Shown here one piece after another: positions 9,884 to 20,000 of a stretch of DNA of 20,000 bases (positions are counted from its first letter, which is position 1; each line of letters begins with the position of its first letter). The notes under the pieces were generated by a model. That model was not told the origin of the DNA. It did not search any database and saw nothing but the letters and a program-made list of their open reading frames with translations. The stretch spans positions 47,750-67,749 of the forward strand of contig JAVECO010000128.1 in NCBI GenBank assembly GCA_051942205.1, given 5' to 3'. Both the position numbers and the translations under genes were made by a program. This DNA comes from Coniocarpon cinnabarinum (taxonomy: Eukaryota).

Positions 9884-11609
9884 GCGTGACAGCGTGACGT
9901 GGAATGCTGACCCTTTCTTGAATACTATTTGTAATTGCACGACCATGTACGTTTTCGGAAGCAGATTTGTGACACGTGAAGCCACGTATGGAAAGTCCAA
10001 GGCGAGATCTAGTTACGAATATACCCCTGAAGATGGGTGCACTCTGAGAAACCAGGCACATGCGACAGTTTTAGACACGATGCAACCAAGTTGTTTGTCG
10101 ACGCTTGCGGCGCCAGCGCGATTTGGAGTTGGTCAAAGCGGCAAGCCAGCGGGCAGGGGAGAGTCGAGTCGGGCGAGCAACAGTTCATGACGTGGGCGCG
10201 ATGACTCTATTTTAGTGCATGTAATAACAGCGTGCTCGGGCGCTGACACAACGGGCCCCTGGTCGAGTCGTCATGGCCGGCCGGTTGGGGGTTGTCTCGG
10301 CAGGGAGGGTGTGCTCGCCTGCGCTCTCGGTGGAAGACTGGGCACGCTGGGTCGTTGTATCGGAGAGCGTTGGGTGACCTTAGCGGCCTACTGGACTAGC
10401 GATAGAGTTCGGCTGAGGCTGAAGAAGAGAGAGGGCGGCGAGGCGCGACGTGGAAGGTGGGCGCGGTGGTGTCAGCGCGAGCGTTGGGATGGAGCGGAGG
10501 GTGTGAGGATACTCGGTATGCGTGGGAGCCAGGTGAGAGCTGGTGTTTGCGTTTGCGGCGGCTAACCCAGTCACCAGTCACCCCGTCAAGCGACGCAGCT
10601 GATCCCGGGCCTGGCGCCTGGCAAGTCAGGCACCCCCTGGATTACGGACTACTCTGCGGTCCCGTTTGTGCGCTGGCGCCGAATCGGGCTTACTGCCCTG
10701 TGGTAGCCTCTATCCTTCCTGGCACCCTGCACTGATCTCCTCCCCCCCAGGTGCCCCCCAGCTTCCCTTCCTCAAGCCCACACACACTTCCACACGCCTC
10801 TCCCTCGTCCTCTTGCTTTCCACCGCTCCGCTGCCTTTCTAATTCCATCGACCTCGCAGCCTGATTCTTCTTCCCTCTCTCCTCTCTCCTCTCTCGTGTG
10901 TGGCGACGCGGCTCATGAGAACCTCCCTTCTCCTCCTCCTCCTATACAAGCATCGCTTCCTCATTCCTGCCTGCTCCTCCTCCTCCTCTGCCTGCCGGAC
11001 GGAAAAGGGTGCCTGAATCCTGTGGCTGTTGCCCCTTCTGCCGCGCCCCCCCCAGCTGTTTCGATTTCTGCCGATCGTGCTGCTGGACCCGCGCCTTCGC
11101 CCATACCTCCCTCACCACCTCGCTCCCATCTCTTCCCTCCTGTGTCGCAGCTGCACGGCTCGCTCTGTTCACGCGCATACTCGTGCGCGCCCCCCAGCTC
11201 CGCCCTGCGGCTCCTCCTCGCCCTGCCGGCTTCCTCACCTCACCGCATCTCCCACCTCATTGGTACACTAGACCCGCATTACCGTCGACCCTTCTCTCCC
11301 ACCTCCCTTGTCACGATCCCACTTTGACTCCTCGACTGTTGACAGCCGGGGAGCCTGTTTGACCTGTTCAACCTGTTCGAGTACATATCATCTGTCGCGG
11401 CGGAGACTCTGGTCGATTGCCCTACTGTCTGAGTTTGCCACTACCACGCCTCCCCTGGGTCGCATAGACGCGAAGTCCCCGCATTCCATAGCCCCGGATT
11501 GCCTGTCGAATCTAACTCCAAAGAGATCGTGGCAAGCGATATCTGTCATTTTTAAAGATCTTCACCTTCCACCTTTCATCTCGTCTGGATCGATCGGACC
11601 CGCGCCAAG

Positions 11610-12848
11610 ATGGGGTGCAGCGCAAGCTCCGAGGAGAAGGTCCTGAGGCAGCGGAATGAAGAGATTGAGAATCAGTTGAAGAAAGATAGGATGAACCAAC
11701 GCAATGAGATCAAGATGCTACTGCTTGGTACGTAATACTTTCCAAGACCCCTTTTTTTGCCCCATACATGTCTTATTTCTCGTCCAGGTGCTGGAGAATC
11801 GGGCAAGTCCACAATTCTGAAACAAATGAAACTCATCCATGAGGGTGGCTATACACGGGACGAATGCGAATCGTTCAAGGAAATTATATACAGTAACACC
11901 GTGCAATCTATGCGCGTGATACTGGAGGCAATGGAGTCACTCGAGTTACCGCTTGACTCGCAAGAGAATGAGTTTCATGTTCAGACTATTTTTATGCAGC
12001 CCAACCAGATCGAAGGCGATAGCATGCCTGCCGAGGTGGGCAAGGCCGTGTCGGCTTTGTGGCATGACGCAGGCGTGCAACAGTGCTTCCAACGATCCCG
12101 CGAGTATCAATTGAACGATTCAGCAAAATAGTGAGTGACTTTCCGCCAATCGAATCTGCCCTATGAGACTTGATGAGCTTACCTATTGTCCAGCTACTTT
12201 GACGCGATCGACCGCATTTCATTACCCGACTACGTCCCCAATGACCAGGATGTCCTCCGGTCACGTGTCAAGACCACTGGCATCACGGAAACCACATTCA
12301 TTATTGGCGACCTCACCTACCGCATGTTTGATGTGGGCGGACAACGATCGGAGCGGAAAAAGTGGATACATTGTTTCGAGAACGTGACGACAATTCTATT
12401 TCTGGTGGCCATCTCTGAGTACGATCAATTACTGTTCGAAGACGAAACAGTCAATCGCATGCAAGAAGCGCTCACATTGTTTGATTCAATCTGTAACTCG
12501 CGATGGTTTACGAAAACATCGATAATACTCTTCCTCAACAAGATCGATCGGTTCAAAGAGAAGCTCCCGGTGAGCCCGATGAAGAACTATTTCCCCGACT
12601 ACGAGGGAGGACCCGAGTACGGCGCCGCATGCGACTACATACTGCACCGCTTCGTCTCTTTAAATCAACAAGAGACGAAACAGGTGTACACGCACTTTAC
12701 GTGTGCGACTGACACACAGCAGATCCGCTTTGTCATGAATGCAGTCAACGGTGAGTCTTCGGAACAGCGCTCCAGTACCGTTCCGCCTTTCTAATCAGTC
12801 GCAGACATCATCATCCAAGAGAACCTACGGCTGTGCGGCCTCATCTAG
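11610..12848 (+). CDS. fadA: Heterotrimeric G-protein alpha subunit, group I (FadA/GNA-1/MagB type), 353 aa; exons 11610..11727, 11788..12130, 12194..12750, 12805..12848
   Basis: MGC lipidation start, [43 protein letters not shown]-terminus [12 protein letters not shown] (pertussis-site CGLI). Three GT-AG introns give 1062 nt. Confidence 0.96.
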
Positions 12849-14002
12849 GATGCCTGCATGCGACCGCAAACGGATACACTACGCTTGAGAGATACCCTGA
12901 ATTGATACACTGTCTATCACGATGAGAGTCGACTGTACGCTATGGGCGGAGAAGCGAAGACCGGCGTCAAGGCGAGCGAGGGCGTTGATATTGTTTTTTC
13001 TTATTTGGCTTGTTCATGATAATGCTGTTCTGGATGGCATTCGGCATGGCGACGCGGTCATGGTGTTGCAAGCGCACTTGTTATGAGGCAGCGAAGGATT
13101 GCCCGGAAAAGCAGCAGCAGCGGCAGATGTCTTTGTATGTCCTTGGTCACACATGGGCGGTGGGCACGTGAAAGGGAAGGGAAGGACGAGGCAGGTCACA
13201 GAGCGAGGAAGCACAAAGCAAAGAGAAGGATCATCCGGCTAGACACAGGGATCGGCGGTGGACGTGGATTGGAGAGTCCGGTGCTGCTATGTAACGAAGC
13301 GAAGCTGAAAGAGCCATCATGTCCAGTCGTACGACCGTTGTTTTCCTCCGTTGTCGTGGGCGAGAGATGTCGAGGCAACTGCCGAGAGGTGAAATATGCT
13401 TTTGGGGAGACCCCTGCTGCAGGCGAGGTCGCGAGAGCTTGGCCGAGCACGAACAGTAAGAGGTCGACGGAGGTCTGTGGCGTGGCAGCTGTCACAGCTT
13501 TCAGCGTCGGGCTGTACTCCGACGTGGTGGGCGGAGGGCGGTGATTGAAGCGTTGCGTGGAGCTACGTGATGGAGAGGATGTGGCGTGGGCGAGGAGGGG
13601 GCGTCAGTGGTGCACTGGAGGCGGGAGTGGGGCGCGTGCGAGAGGGTGGATGGCAGGCTCTACGTCAGACGGTGGTGTGTGTAGGAGGAAAAGCTTGGTG
13701 TTCTGGCTTGGCCGGGCCGACGGGGGTTTGTGTGGACGCAGTCTTAACGGCGCGGATCTGCAATCGTGGTGGTCTGCTTCTTCTCTGCACACGCTTTTGC
13801 CAGCTCCGTCGGCCGTCGGTGATGCTGTGTGTGTGTGCTTGAAGGGTGAGTTGCTATCAAGTAAGAGGTGCAGGGCGTTTGTCCTGAGCGTGGTGCCTTG
13901 GTGCCTTGAATCTGCTGTAGCCCCGCGCTTAACCCCGCGTGTTGGTGTTGTCAGTGCCCAGTCAGCGCCGCCCTCCAGACCAACGCAGCATTGCCGTACC
14001 AG

Positions 14003-14029
14003 ACGGGGGCCACGGGGGCCACGGGGGCC
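14003..14029. repeat. (ACGGGGGCC)x3 perfect tandem repeat upstream of PSD2
   Basis: Read directly from the sequence. Confidence 0.9.
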
Positions 14030-14237
14030 AGCGTTAGGGGCACAGCGCCCAGTTGTCAGGGGCCAGAGCCAGTAACAGCCAGTAACACAGCCCCCACCCA
14101 ACGCCCAGCGCAGGGTGTCACGGCTCTTGCTCCTGCTAGCACCGCCCGCCTGGAGCAAGTCACGCCGTACCCGCTCGCCCCCTCGACTCCCCTCGTTCGA
14201 GATCGCGGTGCGGTGCCTGGCGTGTGGCGTGCTGGAT

Positions 14238-17200
14238 ATGGTCCGGCCACATCTGCCCTTCCGCCTCTCCAGAACCTCCTCCCTCCATGCCTCCTCCGCG
14301 CCTCACCGCTCTCCCAAGACCTCGCAGGGCCCAACCTCAGCGCCTCAGCCTCCCGCCGCGCCCTCCAAGATGACCACCCACGGCAACATGCAGCTCATGC
14401 TGCGTGTCAAGGTGATCAAGGTACTTGGGACCCTGTGCGCCCGCACCCACTCCCTCGCCGGCACCTGGCTAACACGCCTCACAGGCTCGAAATCTCGCCG
14501 CAAAGGACAAGTCGGGCTCGAGTGATCCGGTGCGCTTCCTGCCCATCCGCCGCCCCGTTCCACGCTGCCCACATGCTGACCCGCTCGCCACTACATAGTA
14601 CCTCGACATTACCCTAGGAGACACCCGCAACTCCACCGCATCGATACCTAAGAACCTCAATCCAGAATGGGCAGAGACCATGGAGTTCCCCGTCACCGGG
14701 CTGCAGACGCTGCTCCTCGAGGTGACGTGCTGGGACAAGGACCGTTTCGGGAAGGACTACATGGTCAGACCACACACACCCATTGGACAGGTGGCATGAG
14801 GCCATACTTACACCTGGCAGGGCGAGTTTGATGTTCCACTCGAGGACATTTTCCGCGGGACCACTAAGGCCGAGGCAAGCTCCACTTCCTTCCCTCCCAA
14901 CACGAGCGGTGTGTGTGTCACTCTTGATCCAATGTACTGACTGTCGTGCTAGCCGGACTGGTACGCCCTAGAGTCACGCAAGCCCCCCGGCAAAAAGGAG
15001 ACTGTCACCGGCCAGGTCCAGCTCGAGTTCGACCTCTACGACCCCATCCACTCCTCGGCCACGCCCCAGCAGGTGCTGCAGAAATTCGAGGGCATCGCGG
15101 CCGCGGCCACCGATGCAGAGCAAGAGGGAGACGAGGTCGTCTCTCGCACTACGAGCGTGGACCCAGACTCTGATTTTGACGACGACACCGTGGACGAATC
15201 CGACGCCACCAATGAGAAGAAGTCGACGCGGTCCAAGCTAGCCAGCTTGAAGCGCAAGGCTAAGCAGCGGGCGTATGAGTTCAGTGGCAATTCGGACCTG
15301 GCGGGGGTGTTGTTCCTTGAGATCACCAAGGTGACAGACCTCCCGCCAGAGCGAAACAGTACGTGTTTTTGCATCAATCACATGGCGTCGCCGTCGCCTT
15401 GGCCGTTGGAAACTGACAAAGGCTGGCAGTGACGCGCACATCGTTTGACATGGATCCATTTGTCATCACTTCGCTGGGCAAAAAGACGTACAAGACCAAG
15501 GTCATACGACACAACCTCAACCCGGTCTATGACGAGCGTCTCGTCTTCCAAGTCTTGAAACACGAGGTCAATTACTCGCTCAGCTTCAGCGTGGTGGATC
15601 GTGACGTCGGCTCTGGCAATGACTTTATCGGATCGTGCTCGTTTCCGCTCGAGAAAGTTGCGACTGTTGCTCCAGAGGCCGACCCAAAGACAGGTCTATA
15701 TCCGCTTAAAGAGGCACCGTCGGTGATGCACAACGGCTCTGCTGGGGAGGAAAAGAAAAAGTGGTTCAGACTCCCGCTGTCCCGTCAAAGCTCTTCACAG
15801 AGTCTCAAAAGTGTCAAGTCCGGATTGCAGAAGAGTTCTTCGTCGACATCACTCAGCAATGGCAACACCGAAAGCGGGTATTTAAGTCACACCACCTCCC
15901 AAGTCGAAGGCGCCTTGGGAGTTCCGGTCCAGCACGCCACTTCGTCGTCCTCTCTGGAAGATCCCGATCTCAAGTCGTTTGACCTTGCACTCCAGATGAA
16001 GAAACAGGACCGATGGGAAGGCAAGCATGCACCCGTGGTTCACATCAAAGCCAAATACCTCCCCTACAAGGCCTTACGACAGCAGTTCTGGCGTGCCATG
16101 TTGCGGCAGTACGATGCCGACGATAGTGGCTCGATGAGCAAGGTGGAGCTGACCACCATGCTGGATACCCTCGGTTCAACGCTGCATGAGTCTACCATCG
16201 ACTCGTTTTTCCAGCGGTTCCAAGATTCCACCGACTTGGGCGAACCTTCACTCACATACGATCAAGCGGTCATTTGTCTGGAGGAGATGCTGGAGTCTAT
16301 CGGCAAAGAGCGGACTGGCTGGTCATTCATGAGCGCCAAACAAGGTCCCTCCATGACACCTGTGTCGAAGAGCCGCAGCAGCGCACAGGCGTCCGGAGCG
16401 GTGACACCGACTTTTGAAACCGTCGCCGAAGAAACCTCACCTGCCGTCCCGCAACTCTCACATGATATTCATGGTTCGCCTGGTCTCGAAGGTGAGACTT
16501 TGGAGGCGAGCGATCTGGCCGATGACCGTGACGAGGAGCATGTGGTTGAGATTCGCGAATGCCCCATCTGCCATCAGCCGAGATTGTCCAAGAAGACCGA
16601 CTCGGACATCATTACCCACATCGCCACCTGTGCGAGCCAAGATTGGCGGCAGGTTAACAACATTGTCATGGCGGGTTTCGTCACCTCCAGTCAGGCGCAG
16701 CGCAAGTGGTATTCGAAGGTCATCACCAAGGTCGGATATGGCGGCTATAAGCTGGGCGCCAACTCGGCAAACATTCTGGTGCAAGACCGGACGACCGGGC
16801 AGATCAACGAGGAGCGCATGAGCGTCTACGTGCGATTAGGCATTCGCTTGCTATACAAGGGCCTCAAGGCCAACAACATGGAACGAAAAAGAAGTGAGTA
16901 TTCTTCCCGCCAGATTCATATTACTGTTGCTAAACATGACCCAATAGTCCGCAACCTCCTCCGGTCACTCTCCTTCAAGCAAGGCAAGAAATACGACGAC
17001 CCGCGATCCGCTGCCGAGATCCCCGGCTTCATCGACTTCCATTCCCTCAACATGGACGAGATCCTCCTCCCTGTCCACCAATTCAAAAACTTCAACGAAT
17101 TCTTCTACCGCGCCCTGAAACCCGATGCCCGGCCTTGCTCCGCACCTGATCGACCCGCCATCGTCACCTCCCCCGCCGACTGCCGCACTGTCGTCTTCGA

Positions 17201-17991
17201 TGAACTGGCGGAGGCTCAGAAGATCTGGGTCAAGGGCCGGGAGTTCAGCATGAAGCGTCTGTTTGGCAACGCGTATCCCGAACTTGCTAGCCGGTATAAT
17301 GGTGGTGCTCTGGGTATCTTCCGTCTGGCGCCACAGGACTACCATCGATTCCACATTCCTGTCGATGGCATCATGGGTGAGCCCCGCACGATCGAGGGTG
17401 AATACTACACGGTGAATCCCATGGCCATTCGCAGCGCGCTCGACGTCTACGGCGAGAATGTGCGTGTCCTGGTTCCCATCGACTCTGAGAGACATGGAAA
17501 AGTCATGGTTGTCTGTGTGGGCGCGATGATGGTGGGGAGCACCGTCATCACGCGGCACCAAGGCGAGTACGTCAAGCGCGCGGAGGAATTGGGCTACTTC
17601 AAATTCGGTACGTCTCTTTACCCCTTTTCCATCCACAACTTTTCCTGGCGTTCTCCGCTATGACTATCACCGTCAGCTCCCAATGCCCTCATCGCAACAA
17701 CGCTAACGAACAACAGGTGGTTCCACGATTCTCTTGCTGTTCGAACCAGGCCGCATGCAATTTGACGACGACCTCGTCGACAACGCCAATTCCGCGCTCG
17801 AAACCCTCGTCCGGGTCGGCATGTCCATCGGTCATGCGCCTGAAGACGCCCCGCATCTGCCGGACATGCGTAAGGACGAGCAAGACGTCACGGCTGAGGA
17901 GCGCGAAGAGGCGCAGCGACGGATTGAAGGCAGTCTAGCGCCGGATCCGGGGTTGAGTGAGGGTGTGAAGAACTTGATGAAGACGAACTAA
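14238..17991 (+). CDS. PSD2: Phosphatidylserine decarboxylase proenzyme 2 (two C2 domains, EF-hand, PSD domain), 1083 aa; exons 14238..14420, 14485..14529, 14599..14763, 14821..14874, 14953..15358, 15430..16893, 16948..17607, 17717..17991
   Basis: C2-1: [46 protein letters not shown]2-2: [26 protein letters not shown] motifs [36 protein letters not shown] and spliced FKFGGST self-cleavage motif. Exons sum to 3252 nt; the exon 4 donor is uncertain (GC vs GT). Confidence 0.93.
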
Positions 17992-18119
17992 TTTTGCATG
18001 ATGGGCTGCGAAAAGGGTGAGAGGGTGGACTGCGGAGTGCAGGAAGGACAAGACGAAGAATGCGTTGGGCTCGCGTGACAACGGGGAACATTGGTGTTGC
18101 AGGCCAAGACGTTACGTTT

Positions 18120-18235
18120 TGAGCGTGAACATGAGCTTGAACATGAACATGAGCATGAGCATGAACAAGAGTTTGAGCATGAGTTTGAGCATAAGACCGA
18201 GCATGCGAATGAGCGAAAGTATGAGTATGAATGTG
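18120..18235. repeat. Imperfect 6-bp repeat (ATGAGC/ATGAAC/TTGAGC) just 3' of the PSD2 stop
   Basis: gaacatgagcttgaacatgaacatgagcatgagcatgaac...; it accounts for the spurious MS/HA/CS-repeat ORFs. Confidence 0.85.
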
Positions 18236-18407
18236 GAAACACGCATGAGTAGATGATGGCATTCAATACGTTCGTCCCATCACAGATCATAATGCCGCAA
18301 TTTCCACCATCCTGGATATTGATGCGCTTGGAGAGAACCCAGAGAAGGGGAGATTAGCACAAGCGTGCAAATCAGTGTCGCACTCGAAGCTGACAAGATG
18401 GGTGCTG

Positions 18408-18462
18408 AAGCTGGCATCGAGCTGGTATCGAGCTGGCATCGAGCTGGTATCAAGCTGACACC
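18408..18462. repeat. 11-bp tandem repeat (RAGCTGGYATC), about 4.5 copies
   Basis: aagctggcatc gagctggtatc gagctggcatc gagctggtatc aagctgacacc. Confidence 0.85.
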
Positions 18463-18601
18463 AAATCGATAGACTAGATAGCTGTCTAGAAGGCTAGTCT
18501 CCAACATGACTGGCATTTTCTTCGAACCTCCCAAGTTCTGAGACCTTTCGACCTTTCACTTCTTGGCGTTTGCCTCAGAATTGCATCATGTCGGCGGATT
18601 C

Positions 18602-18910
18602 ACCAAGTCTGACGGTCTACCGAGTATTTTGTAATCTGTCGAATCTAGCGAATCTGTCGAGTCTACTGAGTTTACTAAGTATATTAAAGCTATTGAGTTT
18701 GTTAAGTCTATAGGTCTATCAAGTCTATTAAAGCTACACCAAGTATTTCAAATCCATTAAATCTACAAGTCTATCAAGTATACCAAGTTTACTAAGTATA
18801 TTAAAGCTACTAAGTCGACCAAGTCTATTAACTCTATCAAATCCATCAAATCCATTAAATCTACCAAGCCGATCAAGCTTGCCAAGTATTTTGAAGCCAT
18901 CAAGTCTACC
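18602..18910. repeat. Degenerate AT-rich 9-bp minisatellite (AAGTCTAYY-like)
   Basis: Units AAGTCTATC, AAGTCTACC, AAGTTTACT, AAGTATATT, AAATCCATC, AAAGCTACT. The block agtttactaagtatattaaagcta occurs at about 18669 and about 18786. Confidence 0.85.
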
Positions 18911-18993
18911 AGTGCACCATGTCCACTGAGTGCTTGAAGCGCCATTACGCTTGTAACATCTCTTTGGAACTTGATCGTACAGCTTTCCCAGCT

Positions 18994-19095
18994 CTCCAAG
19001 TCTCCACCTCCTCCAAGTCTCCAACTCCTCCATGTCTCCAACTCCTCCATGTCTCCACCTCCTCCAAGTCTCCAACTCCTCCATGTCTCCACCTC
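18994..19095. repeat. 17-bp tandem repeat CTCCAWGTCTCCAMCTC x6
   Basis: Six contiguous units starting at 18994, 19011, 19028, 19045, 19062 and 19079. Confidence 0.95.
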
Positions 19096-19375
19096 ACTTA
19101 GGGTGACAATGTCAAGTCATCCAGGCCAGTCTCCGTGTCCAATCGATGAGTACTCAGTACTTCTTTCACTCCTTCAGTTGTCCAAATCCGAGCATCCCTC
19201 GTATCTGCGTCTCTCACATCTGCGTCCCTTGATATCTGCATTCCCACTGCAACGTTTCATTAGCCTTTCTTCGGCTGTTCCTTCTACCTTGGTTTTAGGG
19301 GGGAGATCGATATCAAGAATCGCACATGCACTTCTCGAGCCGCTGGGTTATCATGTTTTTGCTGTTCTCGTGAGG

Positions 19376-19435
19376 GTCGAGAGCTTGATTCTGGGCTGTC
19401 TCATTGTCGAGATCTTGATTCTGGGCTGTCTCATG
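19376..19435. repeat. 30-bp tandem duplication
   Basis: gtcgagagcttgattctgggctgtctcatt followed by gtcgagatcttgattctgggctgtctcatg (2 mismatches). Confidence 0.95.
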
Positions 19436-19865
19436 GTGGTGACGAATTCAGGGTCATCTCATGGTGCTGTCATTGTGACGATGTATCGTAGCGATGTAGT
19501 CTCTCCGCTGGAGCCCCGACTGCTCTGGAAAAGTGATGGCTGTGTTTTCCAAGAAGGTGATTCTGCTTCCCTCTAGTGATTCGTTCTCGAAGTCGCATTC
19601 GCGTTTTGCATCAGACTTCAGAGCGCACTGATACTGCGCGTGGACGCGATGTATTCGTAAGTCATGCCTTCGTTTGTTGCGCTTCGATGGTGTTAGCATG
19701 TTTGAGGCTGGGTACGGGGAAATGCCACACTCTGAGGTCGTTGCGGCAGGATTTGTGGTCCTATAAGTGCGAGGTCGAAAGTTTTCTGCTACGAGATGGC
19801 GAGGGAGAGGAGGGAGGGGGGGAAGAGGAGAAGCGATCGCACTCACTCAGGATTACAGACAGACG

Positions 19866-19870
<5 letters not shown>

Positions 19871-19955
<85 letters not shown>
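19871..19955. repeat. (AG)n microsatellite, about 42 units with one interruption
   Basis: Read directly from the sequence. Confidence 0.98.
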
Positions 19956-19958
<3 letters not shown>

Positions 19959-20000
19959 AATAACGCGTTGTCGTACTAAACGCTACTGTTCAAAGCTCAG

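Noticed and set aside
10896..11362. Several Pro/Ser/Leu-rich ORFs
   Set aside because: By-products of a stop-poor C/T-rich tract; no recognisable motifs.
13083..14158. ORFs of 150-185 aa between G-alpha and PSD2, and a possible intron at 13846..13920
   Set aside because: No family motifs, GC-rich composition explains the open frames, and the branch point is weak.
5319..17636. Long antisense ORFs (5319..5918, 8422..8973, 9477..10061, 16965..17636)
   Set aside because: Shadow frames of GC-rich coding sequence on the + strand.
17608..17666. TGA-CTA readthrough context and an -SPL terminus at the end of ORF 15429..17663
   Set aside because: It lies inside an intron, readthrough is out of frame with the last exon, and SPL is not a standard PTS1.
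17888..18290. Cys-rich (CS)n metallothionein-like and (HA)n ORFs
   Set aside because: They are translations of the hexamer repeat in different frames.
18734..19092. Minus-strand ORFs with ETWRRWR and LGR/DL repeats
   Set aside because: Produced by the 17-bp (non-triplet) and 9-bp repeats; no evidence of coding constraint.
18602..19095. CRISPR-like or telomeric array
   Set aside because: Units are contiguous with no unique spacers, the context is eukaryotic, and there is no (TTAGGG)n tract.
19576..19979. ORFs ending in (ER)n
   Set aside because: Translation of the AG microsatellite.

Overview
Intron-containing genomic DNA of a filamentous ascomycete (GT-AG introns mostly 50-140 nt with CTRAC/CTAAY branch points). 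Six protein-coding genes, all on the + strand, can be rebuilt by hand: (1) 3' part of an alpha-glucoside/maltose-permease-type MFS sugar porter; (2) a half-size cobalamin-independent methionine-synthase-like (Meth_synt_2/UROD-MetE) Zn enzyme, 5 exons, 403 aa; (3) an intronless BCS1-like AAA ATPase, 666 aa; (4) a paxillin/Pxl1-like two-LIM protein, 3 exons, 784 aa; (5) the group I G-protein alpha subunit (FadA/GNA-1 type), 4 exons, 353 aa; (6) C2-domain phosphatidylserine decarboxylase PSD2, 8 exons, 1083 aa, probably with a GC-AG intron. The last 1.9 kb has no recognisable gene and is dense in tandem repeats (6, 9, 11, 17 and 30 bp units and a long AG microsatellite). I see no convincing novel multi-gene system. 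The best leads are the half-size MetE-like enzyme with upstream uORFs, the non-canonical PSD2 intron, a divergent G-alpha N-terminus, a possible gene relic and a possibly RIP-eroded minisatellite.
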